NCBI GenBank assembly: GCA_964496765.1
Contig: CAZCAP010000002.1
Location: forward strand, 30,001-62,000
Reading direction: 5' to 3'
Source: an uncultured archaeon
Lineage (GTDB): Archaea; Iainarchaeota; Iainarchaeia; Iainarchaeales; CSSED10-239
Length of the DNA: 32,000 bases
How positions within the stretch are numbered: position 1 is the stretch's first letter; every line of letters starts with the position of its first letter. Both the position numbers and the translations under genes were made by a program. Shown here piece after piece: positions 7,937-16,294 of the stretch. The notes under the pieces were generated by a model, which saw nothing but the letters and a program-made list of their open reading frames with translations, was not told where the DNA came from and ran no database searches.

Positions 7937-10900
7937 ATGGAAATTAAAAACCTAATAGCAAACGAAGATGTGAAAAATTATTTCATAGAGCTTACAGAAA
8001 AGATTGATCTAGCTGTAAGCACAGCAAAAAATGCAAAAAAAACTGGAAGAGATATAACCAATGATATTGAATCTGTTCCTGCAGCAGGTATTGCTGAAAA
8101 AACCGAAATTCTTGTGGGACCAAAGGGCGTTGCAGAAATTTATAATAATCTTTGGGAAATACACAAGGATAGATTTAAGATTACAATAATGATATTTGAT
8201 ATGATTCTTGATAGAAAATTAGGAGATATAGAGGATCCTGAAAAAAGACTTGAGCAGGCAATTAGAACAGCACTTGTTATTCAAACAGATGGAGTTGTTG
8301 TTTCTCCAATCACTGGACTTCCACACATAAAAATATCTAAAAACCCAGACGGCACATCCTATCCTGATATTTATTATGCAGGACCAATTAGGGCTGCTGG
8401 GGGAAACGCACAAACACTTCCTCTTCTATTAGCTGACTATGCAAGAAGCAAACTACATCTTGATAAATTCAAACCTAGTGATCAGGAAATAGAAAGATAT
8501 GTTGAAGAAGAAATGATTTATCAAAATGATATTGTTGCAAGACAACAAAGAGTAACTGAAAAAGAAGTTAGAACAATAATAGAAAATTGTCCCATTTGCA
8601 TGAACTCAGGACCAGATTCTGATATTGAAGTAACTGTTCATAGAGATCTTGAAAGAGTACCCACAAATAGAATAAGAGGAGCCATGTGTTTGGTTCTAAT
8701 TGATGGGCTTTATGTAAGAGCAATGAAGATTCAAAAAACTGCTAAAAAGATGGGACTTAACTGGGATTGGCTAGAAAAATTAATCAAGGTTAATAAAACA
8801 GCTGAAGGAGGGTTTGTTTTAAAACCGAGCACAAAATATATTGAAGGACTAGCAGCAGGAAGACCGGTTTTTTCATATCCGTTTGCTCCTGGTGGATTTA
8901 GACTAAGATATGGAAAAGCAAGAAATGCAGGACTTATGGCAAAAGCCATTAATCCAGCAACCATGTATGTTCTTGATGAATTTATTGCTGTTGGAACACA
9001 CGGTAGGCTTGAAAGACCAGGAAAGTCATTGCAATACTTTCCCTGCTCAACAATTAATGGCCCAATTGTTAAATTAAAAAATAAGGATGTTATTAAAATT
9101 GATAATGTAATTACTGCAAAGAAAAATCTTGAAGAAATTGATAAAATATTATTCGTTGGGGATCTATTAATAGATATTGGAGATTTTAAAAAATCAGGAC
9201 ATCCATTAATCAAGAGTGGATATGTTGAAGAGGAATGGTTAGCTGAAATTAAATATCTTGCAAAAACAGAAAAAATAGAAAAAAAAGTTCTTGAGAAAGC
9301 ACAGGACTTTTATAATAAACCAAACCCCTATAGTGCAATTAATCTATCCATTGAACATAAACTACCATTATTTCCAAAATACATTTGCTACTATGATTTA
9401 TTATCTATAGAAGAATTAAAAATATTAATAGATAAATTCAGAGACGCAGAAAAAATCTTTGAAAAAAATAAAATAGTTGGAACAAAAATAAAATATAATA
9501 ATTTAATTAAAAGTATTTTAGAAAAAATGGGTTTACCCCATAGATTTCTAGAGGATGGATATCACATTATTGTTGGAGAAGACTATGCATATCCACTTCT
9601 CAAGACTCTAGGATCACTAAATCAAATTAATCCAACAGAGCAATTTAAAGAGAAACTTGAAGATAAGGAATTAACTATCACAGAAAAACTAACAGCAATT
9701 GCTGGGTTTGATATAAGAGATAAATCAGGAACCTGGATTGGAGCAAGAATGGGTAGACCAGAAGCTGCCCATCAAAGAGAAATGGCTGGAAAAGCAAATG
9801 CATTGTTCCCAATCGGACGTGGTTTTGGAAACAACAGGGATCTAATTAAAGCAGCAAGAACAAAAAGTAATGAAGCAGAAGCAAATTCTGCGTTTGGAAT
9901 TTCTGATGTTGAAATAAAAGCATATGTTTGTCAAGGATGTAAAAAAATTATGTTTGGAGCATATTGCTTTGAATGTGATTTGAAAACCCAAGAAATTAGA
10001 TTTTGCGAAAACTGTAATAAACAATTGTATGAAGTAACATGTCCAATTTGTAAAATCAAAACCAAACCAAAACTTAATCACACTATCAATATAGATTCAT
10101 TAATTGAACAGGCATCCAAGAACCTAAAGGTTGGGATTCCAGAGCATCTTAAAGGGGTCAAGGTTTTAATAAGTGAAGAAAAAAATGCAGAGCCACTTGA
10201 GAAAGGAATACTTAGAGCAAAATATACACTTCAAATATTTCGTGATGGAACCGTGAGATATGAAGCACTTAATGCAACCATTTCTCAATTCACCTGTAGA
10301 GAACTTAATCTTACAATTGATAAGATTAAAGAATTGGGATATAGAACCGATTATCTTGGAAAACCAATAACAACCATTGACCAAAGAATAAGCATATTCC
10401 CACAAGATGTTATTGTAGATGAAAATTGTGGAGAGCATTTTTTAAAGGTAAGCAAGTTTATTGATGATGAGCTTGAAAAGTTCTATGGCCAGGAAAAATT
10501 TTATAATAAAAACACTAAGGAAGAATTAATTGGAGAATTAATTATTGGACTTGCTCCACACACATCAGCAGGAATTGTTGGAAGAATTATTGGATATTCT
10601 AAATCTAGATTGTCCTGGGGGCATCCATATTACATTACTGCAAAAAGAAGAAATGTTGATGGAGATCAGGATTCGATGATGCTCCTAATGGATCCTATGC
10701 TTAATTTTTCATATAGTTATCTTGCAAACAATAGTGGTGGGAAAATGGATGCACCACTTACTTTTACAACAATTTTAAATCCCTATGAGATTGATGATGA
10801 ATGCTATGAGATAGAAACAGTAACTGAATATCCCTATGAATTTTATCAGAATACAAAAATATTTGGAGATCCCTATGATAAAAATGTGCAGTATGTTGCT

Positions 10901-11401
10901 AAAGTTCTAGGAACAGAGGATCAATATAGTTGTATTAAGTTTACACACGATACAACTTGCTTTGATGAAGGACCTAAACAGAGTGCCTATCTGCAAATTA
11001 AATCAATGGCAGATAAGGTACATAAGCAAGCAAAACTTCAAGAAAGAATTGTAGCTGTTGATAATAAAGATGCATTAGAACGTTTACTTCATTATCATTT
11101 ATTTCCAGACATAATTGGAAACACAAGAGCTTTTGCAAGACAAAAATTAAGATGTGTAAAGTGCAACAAGAAATACAGAAGAATGCCTCTTTCTGGGCAA
11201 TGCACCTGTGGTGGAAAGCTCATACTTACGATTGCAGAAGGTTCCATTAGAAAATATGTGAACATAGCAAGAGATATAATAATTAAGTATCAATTGAAAC
11301 CATATCTTCTTCAGAAGATAAATATTGCAGAAGAAGAAATAAATTCTTTATTTTCAAATAAGGAAGAAAAAAATCAAAAGAGTTTGTCAGATTTCTTTTA
11401 A
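7937..11401 (+). CDS. polC: DNA polymerase II (family D) large subunit DP2, catalytic
   Basis: 1154 aa. Motifs include GRPVFSYPFAPGGFRLRYGKARN, a central CxxC cluster (CQGC..CFEC..CENC..CPIC), the catalytic KRRNVDGDQD and a C-terminal CVKC..CTCGG zinc module. The length leaves no room for an intein. Confidence 0.95.
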   Translation: MEIKNLIANEDVKNYFIELTEKIDLAVSTAKNAKKTGRDITNDIESVPAAGIAEKTEILVGPKGVAEIYNNLWEIHKDRFKITIMIFDMILDRKLGDIEDPEKRLEQAIRTALVIQTDGVVVSPITGLPHIKISKNPDGTSYPDIYYAGPIRAAGGNAQTLPLLLADYARSKLHLDKFKPSDQEIERYVEEEMIYQNDIVARQQRVTEKEVRTIIENCPICMNSGPDSDIEVTVHRDLERVPTNRIRGAMCLVLIDGLYVRAMKIQKTAKKMGLNWDWLEKLIKVNKTAEGGFVLKPSTKYIEGLAAGRPVFSYPFAPGGFRLRYGKARNAGLMAKAINPATMYVLDEFIAVGTHGRLERPGKSLQYFPCSTINGPIVKLKNKDVIKIDNVITAKKNLEEIDKILFVGDLLIDIGDFKKSGHPLIKSGYVEEEWLAEIKYLAKTEKIEKKVLEKAQDFYNKPNPYSAINLSIEHKLPLFPKYICYYDLLSIEELKILIDKFRDAEKIFEKNKIVGTKIKYNNLIKSILEKMGLPHRFLEDGYHIIVGEDYAYPLLKTLGSLNQINPTEQFKEKLEDKELTITEKLTAIAGFDIRDKSGTWIGARMGRPEAAHQREMAGKANALFPIGRGFGNNRDLIKAARTKSNEAEANSAFGISDVEIKAYVCQGCKKIMFGAYCFECDLKTQEIRFCENCNKQLYEVTCPICKIKTKPKLNHTINIDSLIEQASKNLKVGIPEHLKGVKVLISEEKNAEPLEKGILRAKYTLQIFRDGTVRYEALNATISQFTCRELNLTIDKIKELGYRTDYLGKPITTIDQRISIFPQDVIVDENCGEHFLKVSKFIDDELEKFYGQEKFYNKNTKEELIGELIIGLAPHTSAGIVGRIIGYSKSRLSWGHPYYITAKRRNVDGDQDSMMLLMDPMLNFSYSYLANNSGGKMDAPLTFTTILNPYEIDDECYEIETVTEYPYEFYQNTKIFGDPYDKNVQYVAKVLGTEDQYSCIKFTHDTTCFDEGPKQSAYLQIKSMADKVHKQAKLQERIVAVDNKDALERLLHYHLFPDIIGNTRAFARQKLRCVKCNKKYRRMPLSGQCTCGGKLILTIAEGSIRKYVNIARDIIIKYQLKPYLLQKINIAEEEINSLFSNKEEKNQKSLSDFF

Positions 11402-11416
11402 AAACAACTATAACTA

Positions 11417-11447
11417 TTTTTGTAGATATTTAAAAAAATAAGAAAAA
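11417..11447. terminator. Bidirectional oligo-T/oligo-A region between convergent polC and rps10
   Basis: T5 at 11417-11421 on the + strand follows the polC stop. A7 (11432-11438) and A5 (11443-11447) read as T-runs on the - strand after the rps10 stop. Confidence 0.3.
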
Positions 11448-11467
11448 GAGATTTAAAGAATAATCAC

Positions 11468-11776
11468 TTATTCTTTAAGCTCAATTGACATTTGAACATC
11501 AGCTGGAACATCAACCTTAACAACTCTTCTTAGGATCTTGTCATCAGCCTTGACATCAATTATTCTCTTGTGTATTCTAAGTTGCCATTTCTGGTAGGTT
11601 TCAGTTCCCCCACCAGAAGTACCACGTCTTGTAGGAACCACTAATTTTTTGGTTTTTAAAGGGATGATTCCTGAGTGCTTAACTCCAGACTTTTGTGCAA
11701 CATCTATTATTTCTTTACAAAAATCTGTTAGCTTTTTGTAATCCGTACTTGTTATTATTATTCTTGCTGTTTGCAT
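11468..11776 (-). CDS. rps10: 30S ribosomal protein uS10
   Basis: 102 aa. ARIIITSTDYKKL ... IPLKTKKLVVPTRRGTSGGGTETYQKWQLRIHKRIIDV is the S10 signature. It lies directly downstream of EF-1alpha, as in archaeal str-type operons. Confidence 0.9.
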   Translation of the reverse strand: MQTARIIITSTDYKKLTDFCKEIIDVAQKSGVKHSGIIPLKTKKLVVPTRRGTSGGGTETYQKWQLRIHKRIIDVKADDKILRRVVKVDVPADVQMSIELKE

Positions 11777-11803
11777 AACTTTGTGTCATCCCCGAATTTG
11801 TTT

Positions 11804-13078
11804 TTATTTAACTCTCTTTTTTACTTCGATGATTACACCGGCAGCAACTGTCTTACCCATATCTCTTATTGCAAGACGACCAAGTTGTGGGAATTCCTTG
11901 TAGGTTTCAACACAAAGTGGTTGATTTGGCTTAATCTTAACTATTGCAGCATCCCCTGTTTTTAGGAATTTTGGATTTTCTTCCTTAACTGCACCTGTCT
12001 TTGGATCAAGTGATCTCACAAGCTCTGTTATTGTACATGATATTTGAGCTGTGTGCATGTGGAATACTGGAGAATAACCAACAGTAATTGCAGATGGATG
12101 ATATAGTACAACCATTTGAGCTGTAAACTCTTCTGCAACTGTAGGAGGACTATTTACGTGACCGATTACTGATCCTCTCTTAATATCCTTTGGGCCAATT
12201 TTTCTAAGATTGAACCCAATGTTGTCTCCAGGAACTGCTTCTGTTAATTGTTCGTGGTGCATTTCAATAGATTTAACTTCAGTTTCAACACCTTCTGGCA
12301 TGATAATTATCTTATCATTTGGTCTCATGATTCCACTAGATATTTTTCCAACAGGAACTGTTCCAACACCTTTAATATTGTAAACATCCTGTACAGGAAG
12401 TCTTAATGGCTTATCTGTTGGTGGAACTGGTGCAACGAACATGTCAAGTGCATCAAGTAAACAAGGTCCATTAAACCAAGCTAACTTATCTGATTTCTTG
12501 ATTATGTTGTCTCCTGGATATGATGCAATTGGAATAATTTTCATATTATCTTCCTTGTATCCAGAACCCTTTAATAGTTTTGTAACATCATCTTTGATTT
12601 CATTGAATCTTTCTTGTTTATATTCAACTTCATCCATCTTATTAACTGCAACAATGATTTGCTTAATACCCATAACTTGAGCAAGGAATGCGTGTTCCTT
12701 TGTTTGAGCCTGGATACCATCCTTTGCAGCAACTACAAGAACAGCAGCATCAGCTTGAGAGGTTCCTGTTACCATGTTCTTAATGTAATCCTGGTGACCA
12801 GGAGCATCAATAACTGTAAAAAAATTCTTTTTGGTTTCGAATTTTTTATAGTTTACGTCAATTGTGATACCTCTTTCTCTCTCTTCTTTTAATGTGTCCA
12901 TCATGTAAGCGAAAGCGAAAGTACCTTTACCTCTTTCTTTAGCAATTGCTTCTAATTTTCTGTAATCCTGTTCAGGTAATGCGCCTGTGTCATACATTAA
13001 ACGACCAACTGTCGTTGATTTACCGTGATCAATGTGTCCTATAAAAATAACATTGATATGTGGCTTTTCATTTGCCAT
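11804..13078 (-). CDS. tuf: Translation elongation factor EF-1alpha (aEF1A)
   Basis: 424 aa. Motifs [17 protein letters not shown] and NKMD are present, and full-length similarity to aEF-1alpha is obvious by eye. Confidence 0.97.
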   Translation of the reverse strand: MANEKPHINVIFIGHIDHGKSTTVGRLMYDTGALPEQDYRKLEAIAKERGKGTFAFAYMMDTLKEERERGITIDVNYKKFETKKNFFTVIDAPGHQDYIKNMVTGTSQADAAVLVVAAKDGIQAQTKEHAFLAQVMGIKQIIVAVNKMDEVEYKQERFNEIKDDVTKLLKGSGYKEDNMKIIPIASYPGDNIIKKSDKLAWFNGPCLLDALDMFVAPVPPTDKPLRLPVQDVYNIKGVGTVPVGKISSGIMRPNDKIIIMPEGVETEVKSIEMHHEQLTEAVPGDNIGFNLRKIGPKDIKRGSVIGHVNSPPTVAEEFTAQMVVLYHPSAITVGYSPVFHMHTAQISCTITELVRSLDPKTGAVKEENPKFLKTGDAAIVKIKPNQPLCVETYKEFPQLGRLAIRDMGKTVAAGVIIEVKKRVK

Positions 13079-13085
13079 ATTAATT

Positions 13086-13090
13086 CCTCC
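13086..13090 (-). promoter_or_regulatory. Shine-Dalgarno GGAGG for tuf
   Basis: The minus strand reads AACGGAGGAATTAAT-ATG, with GGAGG 7 nt upstream of the start codon at 13076-13078. Confidence 0.55.
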
Positions 13091-13291
13091 GTTATTTATT
13101 AAATTTCCGTTTTTTTAATTAAAAATACTTGCAAATAAAATTAGATTTATACCGCAAGATATAATATATATTAAGAAACCAAAGTATTTTTAAATAGAAA
13201 TGAAAGGAATATGCCTATAAAAATAATTAATAAAACAAAATATATATAAACTCTTCAAACATATATATAATAAGTAGGTGAAATGATAACT

Positions 13292-14356
13292 ATGGCAATT
13301 AATTTCATACAAATTATAGTTATAATTGTTGTAATAATTATATTTGGAGTAATGATTACGCTATTAAATATGAAAAAAAAAGATAAGACATCTGCAGGTA
13401 TTGAACAAAATACTTGGCAAAAAATTGAGATCCTAAATACTAGAAAGAAAGAACTACTTGATAAGAAAAAAGAATTATCTTACAAATATACAGCAAAAAC
13501 CATCACTGATTCTGAATATTCTACAAACATTAAATATCTAAATGATGAAATAGAAAAAGCTAATGAAGATATTAATGAAGAAGTAAACAACCTAACTCAC
13601 ATTCAAGGTAAAATAGATGCAGAATCGGATGTTAGATTTGCAAATATTAAAATTAAGAGTGAACTGTCAGAGGTTGGGTTAGAAAATAAGAATCTTAAAG
13701 AAAAAATATCTGAATTAGAAGAATTTATTAAAAACGTATCAAAAAACACTAATACAGAATCAAATAATGAAGATACTGCTGTGAAAAAGTATTATGAAAT
13801 CATATTAAATAAATACAAAGATGAAATTAATGAAACAGAAAAGAAAACCATTTCTGAAATAAAGGAAATGATAAAACCAACAGACCTAACAATTAAAAGC
13901 CTGGTTTCCAAATATCAACCAATTAGCTATGATTTTAATAAAGATTATTTAAACACACTAAGACAAATTTATAATTATCTTAAATCAGACATAGATGTAA
14001 TTAAGAATGATTTGAAAATATTATTTTGGATTGACTTTTCTAACGTGATTAAGAACAAAATTGCAGATGAACAGGACATATCTGTTCTTTTTTGTTCATG
14101 CATGAAAGCCTTGGCTGATGAGGTTTCACGAATTGAGATAGTAATGCTTGATGATGAGAAAATACACGCGTTTGTAAAAACAAAATATAAAAACGCATTC
14201 TACATTTTTGATCTTGCTCAAAAAGTTCCATTTGATATGTTTAAGAATATTGATGAAAAACAACTATACCAAGAATATAGTTTTAATAATAACAAGATTG
14301 CAAAAAGAATATACGCCTATAATCAATATGAATATATTGATTTTAGAACCGAATGA
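13292..14356 (+). CDS. Membrane-anchored coiled-coil protein with a C-terminal transglutaminase/papain-like Cys-His-Asp pattern (hypothetical)
   Basis: An N-terminal TM helix (INFIQIIVIIVVIIIFGVMITLL) is followed by KKKDK, about 200 aa of K/E/N-rich heptad-like sequence, and then VLFCSCMKAL...IEIVML...KIHAFVKTKYKNAFYIFDLA. I prefer ATG 13292 (GGTGA 10 nt upstream) to 13283 (1 nt spacing). Confidence 0.45.
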   Translation: MAINFIQIIVIIVVIIIFGVMITLLNMKKKDKTSAGIEQNTWQKIEILNTRKKELLDKKKELSYKYTAKTITDSEYSTNIKYLNDEIEKANEDINEEVNNLTHIQGKIDAESDVRFANIKIKSELSEVGLENKNLKEKISELEEFIKNVSKNTNTESNNEDTAVKKYYEIILNKYKDEINETEKKTISEIKEMIKPTDLTIKSLVSKYQPISYDFNKDYLNTLRQIYNYLKSDIDVIKNDLKILFWIDFSNVIKNKIADEQDISVLFCSCMKALADEVSRIEIVMLDDEKIHAFVKTKYKNAFYIFDLAQKVPFDMFKNIDEKQLYQEYSFNNNKIAKRIYAYNQYEYIDFRTE

Positions 14357-14392
14357 AATAATAACTACTATTTGTGGGTGTTGGAATTAGTT

Positions 14393-15472
14393 ATGGAAAA
14401 GATAGATGTTACAAGTACTGTTTTTAATTATGTTGTTAAAGATCTATCTAATGAATTAATTGGGGGCTACATAAATAACATCCAAGCCATTGATGAGAAC
14501 ACATTTAAGATAAAAATACACAAACAAAAAACTAAACAACTTATAGTTAACAATAATATTTGTTTTTTATCAGATTATGTATTACCAACTAATGAAACCA
14601 ATGGATTAACCAAATTTTTAAAAAAAACATTGCTTAATCAAAGGGTACATGATATTAAACAAGATAAAAACAATAGGGTTGTTTATTTCAAATTAGATAA
14701 ACACTATCTAATATTCGAATTCTTTTCAAACTCAAATATAATTTTAACAGATTTAGATTTGAAGATAATCACATCCAAACAAAAGGAAGAATGGAAAGAT
14801 AGAATTATTAAAAAGGGAGAAATTTACAAATTCCCTGCGAACATCGATATTAGAGAACATACAGAAAACGAAATTATAAAACAACTGGAAGAAGATAATA
14901 AAATAAAGATTGGCGACATAAACAAAAGAGGATTAATCAGCTATTTGGTTAAAAAATATAAATTACCACCAAGCGACATAGAAATTGTAATTGGAGAAAA
15001 AGAAAAAATAACAAAAGAAACAATTAAAAGAATAAAAGGAATATATGAGTTTAAAAATCCAAGACTAGTTGTCCTTGATGGAAATAAGAACAAAATATTA
15101 TCAGTAGTTGATGAAGAAGGAAAGCTCTATGATGATGTCGAGAAATATTATCTCGAAGTATATAAAAATAATGTGGTAGAAATACAAACAACTAAACAAA
15201 ATAAAAATAATATAATTTTAACTGAACAAATAGACACTAAAAGAAGATTTGAAGAGCAAATAAATAAATTAAATAAGGAAGGAGAAATAATTTATTCCTA
15301 TTTTACGCATATTGAGCAAATAAATACCCAAATAAAGCTTGCAACTAATAAAAAAATAAATGAAACTGAAATAATAAGCAAAATAAATGATTATCTAAAT
15401 AATAATAAGATTAGTATGAAAATAATTAGTATAAATCAGAAAAGTAAAACCTATGTTGCTGAGTTTGAATAA
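14393..15472 (+). CDS. NFACT-N domain protein (Rqc2/RqcH/FbpA homologue), C-terminally short form lacking NFACT-R
   Basis: The N-terminus MEKIDVTS..VVKDLSNELIGGYINNIQAIDENTFKIKIHK...QLIVNNN ... KFLKKTLLNQRVHDIKQDKNNRVVYFKLDKHYLIFEFFSNSNIILTD follows the NFACT-N pattern. A helical and coiled-coil region follows, and the ORF ends at about 359 aa. I prefer ATG 14393 to TTG 14372. Confidence 0.65.
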   Translation: MEKIDVTSTVFNYVVKDLSNELIGGYINNIQAIDENTFKIKIHKQKTKQLIVNNNICFLSDYVLPTNETNGLTKFLKKTLLNQRVHDIKQDKNNRVVYFKLDKHYLIFEFFSNSNIILTDLDLKIITSKQKEEWKDRIIKKGEIYKFPANIDIREHTENEIIKQLEEDNKIKIGDINKRGLISYLVKKYKLPPSDIEIVIGEKEKITKETIKRIKGIYEFKNPRLVVLDGNKNKILSVVDEEGKLYDDVEKYYLEVYKNNVVEIQTTKQNKNNIILTEQIDTKRRFEEQINKLNKEGEIIYSYFTHIEQINTQIKLATNKKINETEIISKINDYLNNNKISMKIISINQKSKTYVAEFE

Positions 15473-15519
15473 TTAGATTAAAAGCTAATTTAAAAAAAAT
15501 AATCTAAGAAGTAGAATAT

Positions 15520-15528
15520 AAAAAAAAA
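15520..15528 (-). terminator. Oligo-T (T9 on the minus strand) after the PRC-barrel gene
   Basis: A9 on the + strand starts 9 nt beyond the stop codon at 15537-15539, reading as T9 in the direction of transcription. Confidence 0.35.
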
Positions 15529-15536
15529 TAAAGAAC

Positions 15537-15800
15537 TTATTGTTCTTTATTTACTTGGCCTTCATCAACAATGAAAACATCACTTACTGCAAGGATTGAT
15601 TTAAATGGGACTTCAATCATATTACCTTGTAAATTAAGTTTCTGAATAAATGTTGATGTTGGATCAACTTCTACTAAAATAGTTTCAATTTCTCCAGTAA
15701 CTTCGTTTACCATTAGATCAATTAAACGACCAATATTGTCTCCTTTGTTGGTTATTAATTTCTTTGTTGCAAGTTGTCTTGCTATTGCGTATTTGTACAT
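15537..15800 (-). CDS. PRC-barrel domain protein
   Basis: 87 aa. LITNKGDNIGRLIDLMVNEVTGEIETILVEVDP fits the PRC-barrel core pattern (V.d..G..iG.v.dl.id..tG.i..lvv). Confidence 0.7.
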   Translation of the reverse strand: MYKYAIARQLATKKLITNKGDNIGRLIDLMVNEVTGEIETILVEVDPTSTFIQKLNLQGNMIEVPFKSILAVSDVFIVDEGQVNKEQ

Positions 15801-16081
15801 ACCAGATCCTCTCTTTAATTTTTATTATTTTTTTTATATTTTATATAATTTTAATCTAATTATATGTTATTAAATATATTTATAAAGCAATCTGTTTCGA
15901 AAACCATAGTATAGCCGTTTATTTGTTGTTATTCCTAACTAAATAAACAAACAAAAAAGCACTAAAAACCTCTTGTTTCCACCCAGCAGATACATTTAAT
16001 AAGATAATGTAGATAATAGAATATAAAACAATAATTATTTAAAGATATTTATTAGGATAGAATAGGTGAATAGGTGAAAAA

Positions 16082-16291
16082 ATGGAATTTGAAAAAGAAC
16101 ATATAATAATATTGATAATTTGCTTGATTGTGGGTGTTATTATTGGGATAACAATAAACACAGATGGAATAACGAAGGGATCATGCACTAAAGAACAACT
16201 TGAGATTAATGTATTAACAAAAGAAATTAATAATTGTTTGCAGGAACTTGATCTAAAGATAGATACAAATACTAGTAAACTTGAAGAATAG
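16082..16291 (+). CDS. Small single-pass membrane protein with a short coiled-coil tail (hypothetical)
   Basis: 69 aa. It has the TM helix IIILIICLIVGVIIGITI followed by a heptad-like tail. It is preceded by tandem ATAGGTGA ATAGGTGA, with the second GGTGA 4 nt before the ATG. Confidence 0.45.
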   Translation: MEFEKEHIIILIICLIVGVIIGITINTDGITKGSCTKEQLEINVLTKEINNCLQELDLKIDTNTSKLEE

Positions 16292-16294
16292 TAA

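Noticed and set aside
7937-11401. A possible intein or insertion in the PolD large subunit, which is common in some archaea.
   Set aside because: The length (1154 aa) is that of an intein-free DP2. The sequence reads continuously through the conserved blocks, and I see no Cys/Ser...HN-Cys/Ser/Thr splice-junction pattern.
15973-15990. A possible replication origin element (GTTTCCAC, the ORB core complement) in the 281-nt gap.
   Set aside because: It is a single partial half-site with no inverted partner, no repeated ORB or mini-ORB copies, and no adjacent orc1/cdc6 gene. It is kept only as a minor note in the finding on that gap.
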